A stretch of DNA of 52,307 nt from Candidatus Yanofskybacteria bacterium (GTDB lineage: Bacteria > Patescibacteriota > Minisyncoccia > 2-02-FULL-40-12 > GWA2-44-9). Positions 28,845-38,866 of the stretch are shown piece after piece; position 1 is the first letter of the stretch, and the number at the start of each line of letters is the position of its first letter. The stretch lies in assembly GCA_023245235.1 (NCBI GenBank), contig JAHFKT010000004.1:1-52307 (forward strand), given 5' to 3'. The notes under the pieces were generated by a model. The model searched no databases. It was not told the origin of the DNA and was given only the letters and a program-made list of their open reading frames with translations. Made by a program: the position numbers and the translations under genes.

Positions 28845-29055
28845 TTTGAACTCGGAGGGGGCATCGAGCCGATGAGTGGCTCTCGCCACCCTTCCGACCT
28901 CGCTCGCGACGCCGCTATGCGGCTGCTCGCTCCTGCCTCCCCATTACAGATTTCAATCAAACTAGTGATGAATTGTCAGTAATTAGCTGAACTAATGCCT
29001 GACAATTAACGACTAATCGTGAAAAAAGGATACCACAAAATAAATCGTTCCGCAA
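28845..29055 (-). promoter_or_regulatory. Promoter and about 175-nt structured leader of rpmF-nusB-rnc
   Basis: TTGCGG (29055-29050)-17 nt-TATCCT (29032-29027), then an A/U-rich long hairpin and a GC-rich branched hairpin before the ATG. Confidence 0.6.
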
Positions 29056-29121
29056 TAGTCCCGAAGGTCGGATTCAGCTATCAACAATTGCGGTAGAAAT
29101 GTCGAGTGCTAGAATGAACGT

Positions 29122-32100
29122 ATGAAGTTCGTCCATCTCCACACTCATTCCCACTACTCACTCCTTGATGGACTGTCGAAGATCGATGAAATTGTCGCGC
29201 GGGCAAAGAATCTGGGGATGGAAGCGGCCGCGCTGACCGACCATGGCGTCATGTATGGCGCCATAGAGTTTTATAAGAAGGCACAGAAGGCCGGCATCAA
29301 GCCCATCATCGGCTGCGAAGTATACATGTGCGAAGATATGCACGCCCGAAGGAGCGACGATAAGCGCTATCACCTTGTGCTGCTGGCTCAGAATAACATC
29401 GGCTATAAGAATCTCGTGAAACTGGTCAGTGCCGCGCACCTTGAGGGCTATTACTACAAACCACGCATCGATAAAGAACTATTGCGGAAGCATTCGGAGG
29501 GGCTGATCGCTCTTTCGGCATGTCTTGCCGGCGAGGTCTCACGAAATATTTCATCCGGCAACTTTGAGAAAGCAAAGAAGGTCGCTCTCGAATACCAGGA
29601 CATGTTCGGTGTCGGGAATTATTTCATCGAAATACAGGAACACCCCTCAATCGACGACCAGAACCGGGTGACCCCGGAACTTATCCGCCTGGCCCAAGAG
29701 ACAGGCATCCCGATGGTCGCGACTCAAGACTCCCACTATGCTCATTCGGATGACGCGCATGCGCATGATGTATTGCTGGCGGTCCAGACCGGCAACAGCA
29801 TCGATGACAAAGACCGGCTGACGATGAAACATGATAATTTCTCACTCCTTTCTGCTGAGGAGATGTTTGAAAAGTTCAAAAAATACGGCGAGGATATTAT
29901 CACGGAGGCTATGGCCAATACCGAGCGCATCGCCCAACGATGTGATCTGAAGATCGAGCTGGGCAAAGTATTACTCCCTCACTTTCCCCTGCCGGAAGGA
30001 TTTGCGGCGGCGGATGATTATCTAAAATCACTGGTAATGACCGGGGTGGTCAAGCGATATGGAGAAAAAGCCGGTCCGGAAATATTAAAACGTGTTGATT
30101 ATGAATTGGACACTATCAAAAAAACCGGTTTTGCTTCATATTTCTTGATCGTGCAGGATTTCGTTAATTGGGCCAAACAAAACGGCATTGTCGTTGGTCC
30201 TGGCCGCGGCAGTGCCGCCGGGTCAATTGTTTCTTACTGTCTTAATATTACCAACGTCGAGCCGCTTCAATTTAATCTGCTATTTGAAAGATTTCTGAAC
30301 CCCGAGCGCATATCGATGCCTGATATTGACCTGGATTTTTCTGATACGAAGCGTCAGCAAGTACTTGATTACGTAGCTCAAAAATACGGCAAAGACCGGG
30401 TGGCACAGGTTATCACCTTCGGCACCATGGCCGCACGCGGCGGCATTCGTGATGCCGGCCGGGCGCTGGGGTTCTCTTATGATTTTTGCGACCGGGTCGC
30501 AAAAATGATCCCCAACAACCCCAACCAAAGCAAGCACGGAGTACTCAAGCACTGCGTTGAAACGATCCAGGAAGTACGCGACGCATACAACACCAATCCG
30601 GATGTCAAAAAACTTATTGATGCCGCCGCGCGGCTGGAGGGCGTGGTCCGCCACTCCTCAACCCATGCCTGCGCCGTTGTGATCACGCCCGAACCGCTGA
30701 CCGAGTATCTGCCGCTTCAGCAAGGCACTAAGGAGGGCGATATCATCACCCAGTACGAGATGCATTCCGTGGAGGACCTTGGTCTGTTGAAGATGGATTT
30801 CCTTGGACTCTCGAATCTGACTATTATTGAAGACGCTCTCAAAGAGATCAAGCGTAACTACGGCATTGATATCGATATAGACAAGATCCCTCTCGACGAC
30901 AAAAAGACGTTCAGACTTCTGCAGCAAGCCAAAACTACGGGCGTTTTCCAGCTTGAAAGTTCCGGAATGAAAAGATATCTAAAGGAACTCAAACCGACCC
31001 GGGTTGAAGATATCACCGCCATGATCGCATTGTACCGCCCCGGCCCGATAGAACTTATACCTCGATTCATTAACCGCAAGCACGGCCGTGAAAGTATCGA
31101 AAAGATTCATCCGGCTATTGATAAAACTCTTGAAAATACCTATGGCGTAATTGTATACCAGGAACAGGTTATGGATATGGCTACTCAGTTGGCAGGACTG
31201 ACGAAAGGCGAGGGCTATCTATTGGTCAAGGCCGTGGGTAAAAAAATAAAATCGCTTCTCGATGAGCAGAAAGATAAATTCATTAATGGCTGCTTAAAAA
31301 ATAATGTTCAGCCGGCTATTGCTACTCGGGTATGGGAACTCATCGAGCCGTTCGCGCGTTATGGCTTCAATAAAGCACACTCGGCTTGCTACGCGCTCAT
31401 CGGCTATCAGACAGCATATCTGAAAGCTAACTATCCCTATGAGTTCATGGCCGCATTCATGAACTCGGAGACCGGCGATGTTGAGCGCATTGCTTTCCTG
31501 ATTGAAGAATGTAAGCAGATGGGCATTGAAGTATTGGCGCCCGAGATCAACCAGAGCTTCGAAAAATTCACCGTTATTACGAACGAAGAAAAGCCCGGCA
31601 TCCGCTTCGGATTGACCGCCATTAAGAATGTAGGCGAGAATGTCGTAACAAATATCATCGCCGAGCGCCAGACCAATGGTTCCTTTAAAGACGTCGGGGA
31701 CTTTGTCGGCCGTATCCACGGCCGCGATCTGAATCGCAAATCCGTCGAGAGCCTCATCAAATGCGGAGCGCTTGATTCATTCGGCGAGCGCAACATGCTG
31801 TTATTCAATATGGAGAACCTACTCGCGTACGCCCGCGATAAAGAGAGGAACCACTCGAACGGGCAGATCAGCCTCTTCGGCGATGTTGAAACGACACTTG
31901 CGCCGATGCGCCTGGCCGATACGGCCCCGGCCGGCCGGTCAGAGAAACTGATATGGGAGAAGGAGCTGCTCGGACTTTTTGTATCCGAACACCCTCTGAG
32001 CGAGTATCAACAAACCTTGCGCCTTGAAAAGGTCACTGCAATTAAAGACGTGAACCCCAATGAGATGGGTTCGGTCAAGATCGGCGGAGTTATCACTCAG

Positions 32101-32325
32101 ACCAGAAAAATAATTACCAAGACCGGTCGGCCGATGATGTTCTCCTGGATCGAAGATCTGACCTCTAAGATCGAGATGGTAGTTTTCCCTAACGTGTTCG
32201 AAAAAAATCCTGAAGCGTTCCAGGAGAACAGTATCATCATTGCCCGCGGTAAGATCAATGACCGTGACGGCGCCCTCAAACTCCTCTGCGACGAGGTGAA
32301 AACTATCGCCATGTTGGCCGCCTAA
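29122..32325 (+). CDS. dnaE: DNA polymerase III alpha subunit
   Basis: FVHLHTHSHYSLLDG PHP domain, GRGSAAGS, MPDIDLDF, YGFNKAHS, C-terminal OB fold. No intein. Confidence 0.98.
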   Translation: MKFVHLHTHSHYSLLDGLSKIDEIVARAKNLGMEAAALTDHGVMYGAIEFYKKAQKAGIKPIIGCEVYMCEDMHARRSDDKRYHLVLLAQNNIGYKNLVKLVSAAHLEGYYYKPRIDKELLRKHSEGLIALSACLAGEVSRNISSGNFEKAKKVALEYQDMFGVGNYFIEIQEHPSIDDQNRVTPELIRLAQETGIPMVATQDSHYAHSDDAHAHDVLLAVQTGNSIDDKDRLTMKHDNFSLLSAEEMFEKFKKYGEDIITEAMANTERIAQRCDLKIELGKVLLPHFPLPEGFAAADDYLKSLVMTGVVKRYGEKAGPEILKRVDYELDTIKKTGFASYFLIVQDFVNWAKQNGIVVGPGRGSAAGSIVSYCLNITNVEPLQFNLLFERFLNPERISMPDIDLDFSDTKRQQVLDYVAQKYGKDRVAQVITFGTMAARGGIRDAGRALGFSYDFCDRVAKMIPNNPNQSKHGVLKHCVETIQEVRDAYNTNPDVKKLIDAAARLEGVVRHSSTHACAVVITPEPLTEYLPLQQGTKEGDIITQYEMHSVEDLGLLKMDFLGLSNLTIIEDALKEIKRNYGIDIDIDKIPLDDKKTFRLLQQAKTTGVFQLESSGMKRYLKELKPTRVEDITAMIALYRPGPIELIPRFINRKHGRESIEKIHPAIDKTLENTYGVIVYQEQVMDMATQLAGLTKGEGYLLVKAVGKKIKSLLDEQKDKFINGCLKNNVQPAIATRVWELIEPFARYGFNKAHSACYALIGYQTAYLKANYPYEFMAAFMNSETGDVERIAFLIEECKQMGIEVLAPEINQSFEKFTVITNEEKPGIRFGLTAIKNVGENVVTNIIAERQTNGSFKDVGDFVGRIHGRDLNRKSVESLIKCGALDSFGERNMLLFNMENLLAYARDKERNHSNGQISLFGDVETTLAPMRLADTAPAGRSEKLIWEKELLGLFVSEHPLSEYQQTLRLEKVTAIKDVNPNEMGSVKIGGVITQTRKIITKTGRPMMFSWIEDLTSKIEMVVFPNVFEKNPEAFQENSIIIARGKINDRDGALKLLCDEVKTIAMLAA

Positions 32326-32368
32326 GCAGCTTTAAGTTTTAGCCGGTATTTGGTATCCTGAGTAATAC

Positions 32369-34090
32369 ATGGCTAAAAACATAGAACATATCCGGCACTC
32401 GCTCGCCCATCTTCTCGGTGCGGCGGTTTTGGAATTATATCCCGGCTCAAAGCTTGCCATCGGTCCGGCTATTGAAGACGGTTTTTACTACGACATCGAT
32501 ATTAAGGGTACGGTGTCCGATGCAGACCTGAAGGTCATTGAGGAGAAAATGCGGGAGATACTGAAGACGTGGAAGACCTTCGATGGCAAGGAAGTGTCTG
32601 CGAATGAGGCAAGGAAACAGTTTAAGGGGAATCCGTTCAAAGAAGAGATCATTACCGAGCTTGAAAAGAACGGCGAGAAGATAACTCTCTATACATCGGG
32701 TGACTTTACCGATCTCTGCCGCGGGGGTCACGTCGAGAATATTAAGGATATCGAACCGAAAGCATTCAAACTTTCCCGCGTTGCCGGCGCATATTGGCGC
32801 GGCAGCGAGAAGAATCCCCAACTGACCCGCATCTACGGCTTGGCCTTTACGACCAAAGATGAGCTGCAAAAACATCTGGCATTCTTAGAAGAGGTAAAAA
32901 AGCGTGATCATCGTGTTCTCGCTCAGCAGCTTGACCTATTCTCCCAGCATGACGTCTCACCCGGTGCTATTTTCTGGCATCCGAAAGGAATGGTGCTTTG
33001 GAAAGAACTGGAACGATTCATCCGTGCCAAGAACGACTATTACGGCTATGGCGAAGTTTCGACACCGGTGATGGTTAAAAAAGAACTCTATCAGACATCC
33101 GGCCACTGGGACCATTATCACGAAAATGGATTCTGGTTCGATGTCGATGAAGAAACATATGTTTTAAAACCGATGAACTGTCCGGAGGCGACACTTATCT
33201 ATTCGAACGGGCTCCGGTCATATCGCGACCTGCCGATACGATTAGCTGAACCGACGGGACGGTTGCACCGCAATGAGCTCAAGGGAACTCTTGGCGGCTT
33301 ATTCCGTGTCCGGCAGTTTACGCAGGATGACGCCCATGTCTTTTGCCGGCCGGATCAGATCGATGAAGAGGTCTCTTCCCTGCTGCAGTATACGAAAGAA
33401 GTATATGACACTTTCGGACTACCTATCAGCTTCCGTTTCGCCACCAAGCCTGATAAAGCCATGGGTGATCCGGCCTTATGGGAAAAGGCTGAAGCGGCCC
33501 TGGAGGGAGTTCTGAAAAAACTCAATATTGATTATCAGTTGAAAGCTAAGGACGGTGCGTTTTACGGCCCGAAGATCGATATTCATGCAAAGGATGCCAT
33601 CGGCCGTGAACATCAAGTTGCCACCATCCAGTTGGATTTCCAGATGCCGGAGCGGTTCAAGCTTGAGTATCACGATGCCGATGGCGGCATTCGACGTCCG
33701 GTCATGATCCACCGCGCGATCTACGGCTCGTTCGAACGATTCCTGGGAGTACTGATCGAACATTACATGGGCGCGTTCCCGCTGTGGTTGGCCCCCGTCC
33801 AGGTCGCCGTCATCACCATTTCAGAAAAACATCATCCGTGGGCGGAATCGGTCTTCGATAATCTCAAACGGTCAGGCATCCGCACCGAGCTCCATAATCA
33901 AAATGAGACGCTCGGCAAAAAGATCCGCAATGCCGAGATGCAGAAGATCCCCTACCTGTTCGTCATCGGTGATAAAGAAGTCGAGGCCCAAGCGGTTGCG
34001 GTCCGAAAGCGCGGCCGGGGTGATATGGGTTCGATGCAGCTTGAAGCGATACTCGCCGAGCTGAAAGAAGAGGTCGGAAACAAAAAGTAG
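32369..34090 (+). CDS. thrS: Threonyl-tRNA synthetase lacking the N-terminal TGS domain
   Basis: RHSLAH, DLCRGGH, KPMNCP, RVRQFTQDDAH, MIHRAIYGSFERF. Confidence 0.97.
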   Translation: MAKNIEHIRHSLAHLLGAAVLELYPGSKLAIGPAIEDGFYYDIDIKGTVSDADLKVIEEKMREILKTWKTFDGKEVSANEARKQFKGNPFKEEIITELEKNGEKITLYTSGDFTDLCRGGHVENIKDIEPKAFKLSRVAGAYWRGSEKNPQLTRIYGLAFTTKDELQKHLAFLEEVKKRDHRVLAQQLDLFSQHDVSPGAIFWHPKGMVLWKELERFIRAKNDYYGYGEVSTPVMVKKELYQTSGHWDHYHENGFWFDVDEETYVLKPMNCPEATLIYSNGLRSYRDLPIRLAEPTGRLHRNELKGTLGGLFRVRQFTQDDAHVFCRPDQIDEEVSSLLQYTKEVYDTFGLPISFRFATKPDKAMGDPALWEKAEAALEGVLKKLNIDYQLKAKDGAFYGPKIDIHAKDAIGREHQVATIQLDFQMPERFKLEYHDADGGIRRPVMIHRAIYGSFERFLGVLIEHYMGAFPLWLAPVQVAVITISEKHHPWAESVFDNLKRSGIRTELHNQNETLGKKIRNAEMQKIPYLFVIGDKEVEAQAVAVRKRGRGDMGSMQLEAILAELKEEVGNKK

Positions 34091-34092
34091 AA

Positions 34093-34116
34093 AACCGCCC
34101 GAGAGGGCGGTTCTTT
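34093..34116. terminator. Terminator after thrS
   Basis: AACCGCCC-GAGA-GGGCGGTT-CTTT. Confidence 0.75.
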
Positions 34117-34127
34117 GACCAAAACTA

Positions 34128-34688
34128 CTAGTGGTACATGTGCCACCAAAAGTTCGAAACGAATGCGTTCTTTATCGCATCACCCAGCATCATCACCATC
34201 AGCCCCCTGTGCCAATTTGAGGCCCGGCAGAAGATGACGGCCGGAAACCAGGTGAAAGCCGAGAGGTAAGGGATGACATTGAACGGAAGTATGAAGACGG
34301 CGATATAACGGACAACCAGGCCCACTCTTTCCATCCCGTTAATGAAACGCCGGTTTGTGGCATTCTCAGTGCTCATACCGTGAAACCAACTGATGATACT
34401 CCTGATGAGTCCGACATGCTGCAGATATTCATATTTCTTACCGAAGAACAGGGCTGAGCTTTCGATAAGTTTCGAGTGCTCGGCAAATTTCCAAAAATGC
34501 CCTACCAGGTAGTACCAGTAGAGAATGCCGGAGATACCGAGGCAGATGTCGATAGCCGCCAATTGGCGGTACGAATGGACCAGGTGCCAATGCAGAAGGG
34601 CATTGGGAACCGGAACCTCAACATTGAGCAGAAATACAACGGGGATTAAAAAAAACGGCCATATTCGTGGCTTTTCCGCATCGGCCAT
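34128..34688 (-). CDS. Hypothetical integral membrane protein
   Basis: Several hydrophobic segments. Start taken at MADAE to avoid overlap with miaA. Confidence 0.65.
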   Translation of the reverse strand: MADAEKPRIWPFFLIPVVFLLNVEVPVPNALLHWHLVHSYRQLAAIDICLGISGILYWYYLVGHFWKFAEHSKLIESSALFFGKKYEYLQHVGLIRSIISWFHGMSTENATNRRFINGMERVGLVVRYIAVFILPFNVIPYLSAFTWFPAVIFCRASNWHRGLMVMMLGDAIKNAFVSNFWWHMYH

Positions 34689-34726
34689 CTTGTAAATGAG
34701 CGTTGTTTCATAGTATCGTATTGGCC

Positions 34727-35626
34727 ATGAAAGGCAAGCCAAAAATCATCGTCATCGTCGGCCCGACCGCATCGGGAAAATCCGGCCTGGCAATCCGGTT
34801 GGCGCAAAAATTCAATGGTGAGATCATCTCCGCCGACAGTCGGCAGGTCTACCGGGGCATGAACATCGGCACCGGGAAAGTTTCCACGCGCGAACTCCGG
34901 CTTATCCCCCATCACCTGATCAACGTAATAAGTCCGAAGAAGGAGTTCACCGCCGCTGATTTCAAATCGCGCGCAAATCGCGCGATTGCCGACATCAGTG
35001 TCCGGGGCAAGCTGCCCATCATCGTCGGCGGTACCGGATTTTATATTGATGCTCTCGTATATGATCTGAGTCTTCCGGATGTCCCGCCTGATAAGCGCCT
35101 GCGCGCGAAACTCGAGAAACAAACAGCGGAACAATTGTTCGCACAGTTAAAGAAGCTGGATCTTCGACGGGCGAGAACGATCGACCGGCACAATAAGCAC
35201 CGGCTGATCCGCGCCCTTGAGATCATCAGGACCATCGGCCGGGTCCCGGAGATCTCTAAGAATTCCGACTTCGACGTTCTTTGGATCGGCCTGAACCCAA
35301 AAGACCTCGAGCGGCGTATCAGGATCCGGCTCGATCAACGCCTCCGGCAGGGCATGATCCGAGAAGTTCAAAAGCTCCACAAATCCGGAATTTCATACAA
35401 GCGGTTCCACGACTTCGGGCTTGAATACCGTTGGATCTCTGAGTATCTGAAGGGCAAGCTTTCAAAAACTGAAATGAAAAATGGCCTCGGTACGGCCATT
35501 CGTCAATATTCCAAACGCCAGATGACGTGGTTCAAACGCAATAAAGATATCCGCTGGATCAAAAACCTGACCGAAGCTACGCGGCTTGGTCGCGCTTTTC
35601 TACGGTTCCCTCAACCTCTTCACTAA
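34727..35626 (+). CDS. miaA: tRNA dimethylallyltransferase
   Basis: VGPTASGKS, SADSRQVYRGMNIGTGK, VGGTGFY, RQYSKRQMTWF. Confidence 0.96.
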   Translation: MKGKPKIIVIVGPTASGKSGLAIRLAQKFNGEIISADSRQVYRGMNIGTGKVSTRELRLIPHHLINVISPKKEFTAADFKSRANRAIADISVRGKLPIIVGGTGFYIDALVYDLSLPDVPPDKRLRAKLEKQTAEQLFAQLKKLDLRRARTIDRHNKHRLIRALEIIRTIGRVPEISKNSDFDVLWIGLNPKDLERRIRIRLDQRLRQGMIREVQKLHKSGISYKRFHDFGLEYRWISEYLKGKLSKTEMKNGLGTAIRQYSKRQMTWFKRNKDIRWIKNLTEATRLGRAFLRFPQPLH

Positions 35627-35810
35627 GCCGCTTCAAGCGCTCCCCCTCGGGAATGTTTCTGAGATTCTGCTGCTGTCGCTCCCGAGCCAGCTCTGATTCC
35701 CGGGCCGCTTCCCGGCGAGACCGCTCGATATTCTCGGCTGTCTTGGCTTTTTCCCAGCCCATCTCACGATTACTGCCCCAATTCGCCAGTTTTGCAAAAA
35801 AATTTTTCAT
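35577..35810 (-). CDS. Hypothetical charged helical protein (77 aa)
   Basis: Starts immediately after the gatB stop on the same strand. Its 3' end overlaps the miaA tail. Confidence 0.55.
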   Translation of the reverse strand: MKNFFAKLANWGSNREMGWEKAKTAENIERSRREAARESELARERQQQNLRNIPEGERLKRLSEEVEGTVEKRDQAA

Positions 35811-35811
35811 G

Positions 35812-37311
35812 TTATTTAAGCTTTAATTTTACCATTTCTTCGACCATTTGGGGATTCGCCCTGCCCTGCGATTCCCGCATAACCATACCGATCAAGAACT
35901 TCAGTGATGCCTCCTTTCCGGCTTTATAATCTTCCACCGCTTTGGTATTTTTTGCAATCACGCTATCAACCACCGAATCAAGAGCGCCTGTATCTGAAAC
36001 TTGGCCGAGATTTTTCTCTTTCATGATGGCTTCGGGATGCAATCCGGTTTCGGCCATTTCTTTCAGCACCGCTTTCGCACCGGTCGATGAAAGTTCTTTG
36101 TGGAATATCAAAACCATCAGCTCCGCAAAGGCCTCGGGTGAGATCTTAAATCCTTCAAGCTCATCGAGCTCTGATCCTTTCGCATTCATCAGGGGCGGAA
36201 ACTCGGTAATGATATAATTGGCAGAAAGCTCATGCAATCGCTCGGCAAGGTGTTGCTCGCTCGGGAACTCGCCCTTTAACTCCTTTTTTTTGTGAAAGTC
36301 TTTTGCCGCCTCGTCGAGCTCGCTCGCAACATGCTCATAGTAATTACCGAGATGCCGGGCAATCGTAAAGATCTCTATCTGATTGCCAGTCAGGCCGTAA
36401 TTCTTAAAGCGTATGCGGCGCTGTGACGGCAGTTCGGGAAGCGTGGTCCGTATCGCCTCGATATCGGCATCTTCAAAATGCAAAGGTGGCAGGTCGGGCT
36501 CCGGGAAATAACGGTAGTCATGAGCCTCCTCCTTGGAGCGCTGGCTGAAAGTCGCCTTTTTGATATCGTCCCAACCTCGGGTCTCCTGCGCGATCTTTCC
36601 GCCACCTTCCAGAACCTCCTGCTGACGCTTTATCTCATAATCAACCGATGCAGCAGCGGCACTGATGGAGTTCAGATTTTTGATCTCGGCCTTGGTGCCA
36701 TAGGAACCATCGGCGTTCATCAATGAGATGTTGACCTCCACCCGCATGAGACCCTTCTCCATATCGGCATCGGAGACGCCCAGATACCGGAGAATGAGCT
36801 GAAGCTCCTGGGCGAACTCGCGCACCTGTTCTCCGCTTTCGAAATCTGGTTCGGTAACCAGTTCCATCAGCGGTACCCCGGCCCGGTTGAAATCAACGAC
36901 CGAAAAATCCTCACCCTGGTCGTGTAAAAGTTTTCCGGCATCTTCTTCCAGGTGTATCCGGGTGATCTGAATTTTCTTTCCGTTTTTCAGCGCAAGCTCG
37001 CCTTTATAGCCCAGCGGTTTTTCGTACTGGGAGATCTGGTAGCCTTTCGGCAGATCCGGGTAGAAGTAATTCTTGCGTTCAAAGAAGGTGTCGTGGGCGA
37101 TCGAGCAATCCATGGCCAGTCCGGCCAGGATAACCTTTCGCACCGCCTCCCTGTTGATGACCGGCAGGGTGCCGGGATGGCCCATACAGATGGGGCAGAC
37201 GTTAATGTTCGGATGCTTCTCATCCGGGTCATTCAGTGAATCACAGAACATCTTGGTCTTGGTTTTGAGTTCGGCGTGTATCTCAAGGCCGATGACCGGC
37301 TGGTATTTCAT
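35812..37311 (-). CDS. gatB: Asp/Glu-tRNA amidotransferase subunit B
   Basis: VIGLEIHAEL, RKNYFYPDLPKGYQISQ, HLEEDAG, DYRYFPEPDLP. Start moved to MKYQP. Confidence 0.97.
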   Translation of the reverse strand: MKYQPVIGLEIHAELKTKTKMFCDSLNDPDEKHPNINVCPICMGHPGTLPVINREAVRKVILAGLAMDCSIAHDTFFERKNYFYPDLPKGYQISQYEKPLGYKGELALKNGKKIQITRIHLEEDAGKLLHDQGEDFSVVDFNRAGVPLMELVTEPDFESGEQVREFAQELQLILRYLGVSDADMEKGLMRVEVNISLMNADGSYGTKAEIKNLNSISAAAASVDYEIKRQQEVLEGGGKIAQETRGWDDIKKATFSQRSKEEAHDYRYFPEPDLPPLHFEDADIEAIRTTLPELPSQRRIRFKNYGLTGNQIEIFTIARHLGNYYEHVASELDEAAKDFHKKKELKGEFPSEQHLAERLHELSANYIITEFPPLMNAKGSELDELEGFKISPEAFAELMVLIFHKELSSTGAKAVLKEMAETGLHPEAIMKEKNLGQVSDTGALDSVVDSVIAKNTKAVEDYKAGKEASLKFLIGMVMRESQGRANPQMVEEMVKLKLK

Positions 37312-37364
37312 AATCCCCATTCTATCACGGTTTTTCGGACAAAAAAAGACCGCTTTGTGCGGTC

Positions 37365-38810
37365 TCAACGGTTCAAAAGATCGACTTCCGACAAGGGAGT
37401 AACCCGGGTCATGCCTTCGAGAAATACCTCTTCGTCGCGAATAAGCTGATCGATGCGGCACGCAACATCCCGGTATGAGAAGTGGCCCTTTACGCCCGAA
37501 CGCAGTTCAGCAATGTATAACGCCTCAGAAAGATGCATCTTATAGATCGTGCCGGACATAAAGCCGAACGGAATGAGATAGTCGGCATCCTGGGGTTCCT
37601 CCATGCGCCGGGCCATATTTCCGATCCAGAGCCCGACTTTTTTCATGTCGGCCCGGTACTCATCTCCCAAGCCCATCTCATCGATAAGCGCGGGAGTTTC
37701 AAATCCGTTCAGTAACGACAGCGGCTGATGGACTTGGATGCAGTTCCGGTGGCGATGCAGGTCGCGGCGGCCGCCGATATCCATGAGAATATCGAACTGA
37801 TACGGCATACCGGCCGCAAACGCGCGATGGTGGCCGTCGTGAGGACCCCTGCGCTCCATAATCTCGCGGATGACCCCTTCTTTGATATCCCAGGACCAAT
37901 CCGCTACCTGTTCCAGAAGCCGTGCGTAGGAAATAGGCGTCACTTCGTACAACAGGGTCGCAAGGATCTCGTCGAGCTTTGTTGGCGGCTTAACCAAATC
38001 CACGTAACGATCAGATTCTCTTGGTTTTATCGCAACCCGATCGGTCAGGCCCGTCAAAAACTCCCGAAGCCCTATAAGATACTCGCTTGGGTCCGCGTAT
38101 TTCATGAGCGTCGGCGCGACCGGGAGCTCATCTTTTCCTTCAGGACAGAATGGTCTTTCCTGGCAAGCTTTTTTCATGAGTTGGGCGAGGTCACGCGATG
38201 CCTGATACCGGGAGGCGCCAAGCCGAGCTATCTGCCGCTCAAGCACCCGGGCACTGGTGATCTGCCCGACATTGGTCAGAATACCGTTGAACAGCCAGTA
38301 ACGGGCGACGTCGAATGCCCGGGCTTTCATGGTCCGCTCATAATCGGCATCCTTCATTTCCGGTGACTTGGGATTCTGGCGGATCAGATATTCTTTGCAT
38401 AGCCGTGAGTATCGGTCGTATCTGTCAAATAAAAACTCGGCAACAGCAGAGAAATCGCCAGCCAGCGAAGTCCTCATGATCGATATGGGAGTAAAGCATC
38501 CGATCGGACCGCCTTCAAATATCTGATAACGCGTAGAACGTTCTTGTCCGTCCCACAGCTGTTCGTCCTCGACCTCAAAAGCCGCGATCTCCGGTATCCG
38601 CTCCAATGCGATGGGGATGTGGGCGTTATCCGCGATCGAGGCATGCCCGAACGAGAAATAGTAGCTTTCAAAGAATCGAGCCGATTTCTCGGCCGTAATC
38701 CTCCTGATGCTATCCCGGATTGAAAGTGCCGAACGGGAATACATCGCGTACGCGTAGGCAATCGTTTCCGGAGGCCATCCGGCCAATGCAATGACTTCGG
38801 ACTGTTCCAT
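37365..38810 (-). CDS. thyX: Tandem-domain ThyX-like flavin-dependent thymidylate synthase
   Basis: YSRS, FGHASIA, ERSTRY, FDVARY, RDLHRHR, ELRS...GH.SYR; about twice the normal ThyX length; adjacent to tmk. Confidence 0.85.
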   Translation of the reverse strand: MEQSEVIALAGWPPETIAYAYAMYSRSALSIRDSIRRITAEKSARFFESYYFSFGHASIADNAHIPIALERIPEIAAFEVEDEQLWDGQERSTRYQIFEGGPIGCFTPISIMRTSLAGDFSAVAEFLFDRYDRYSRLCKEYLIRQNPKSPEMKDADYERTMKARAFDVARYWLFNGILTNVGQITSARVLERQIARLGASRYQASRDLAQLMKKACQERPFCPEGKDELPVAPTLMKYADPSEYLIGLREFLTGLTDRVAIKPRESDRYVDLVKPPTKLDEILATLLYEVTPISYARLLEQVADWSWDIKEGVIREIMERRGPHDGHHRAFAAGMPYQFDILMDIGGRRDLHRHRNCIQVHQPLSLLNGFETPALIDEMGLGDEYRADMKKVGLWIGNMARRMEEPQDADYLIPFGFMSGTIYKMHLSEALYIAELRSGVKGHFSYRDVACRIDQLIRDEEVFLEGMTRVTPLSEVDLLNR

Positions 38811-38866
38811 ACTGTTAACGTGCGTCTGCGTATTCTATCAGGAATTTTCAGACAAAAAAAGAGGCG

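Noticed and set aside
28854..28943. SRP (4.5S) RNA, suggested by AGGTCGGAAGG
   Set aside because: Lacks the CAGG-stem-GNRA-stem-AGCAG helix 8 symmetric loop in the right order.
37312..37461. 50-aa N-terminal extension of GatB in the ORF track
   Set aside because: Overlaps the thyX end, its terminator hairpin and the gatB -10 box; the true start is ATG 37311.
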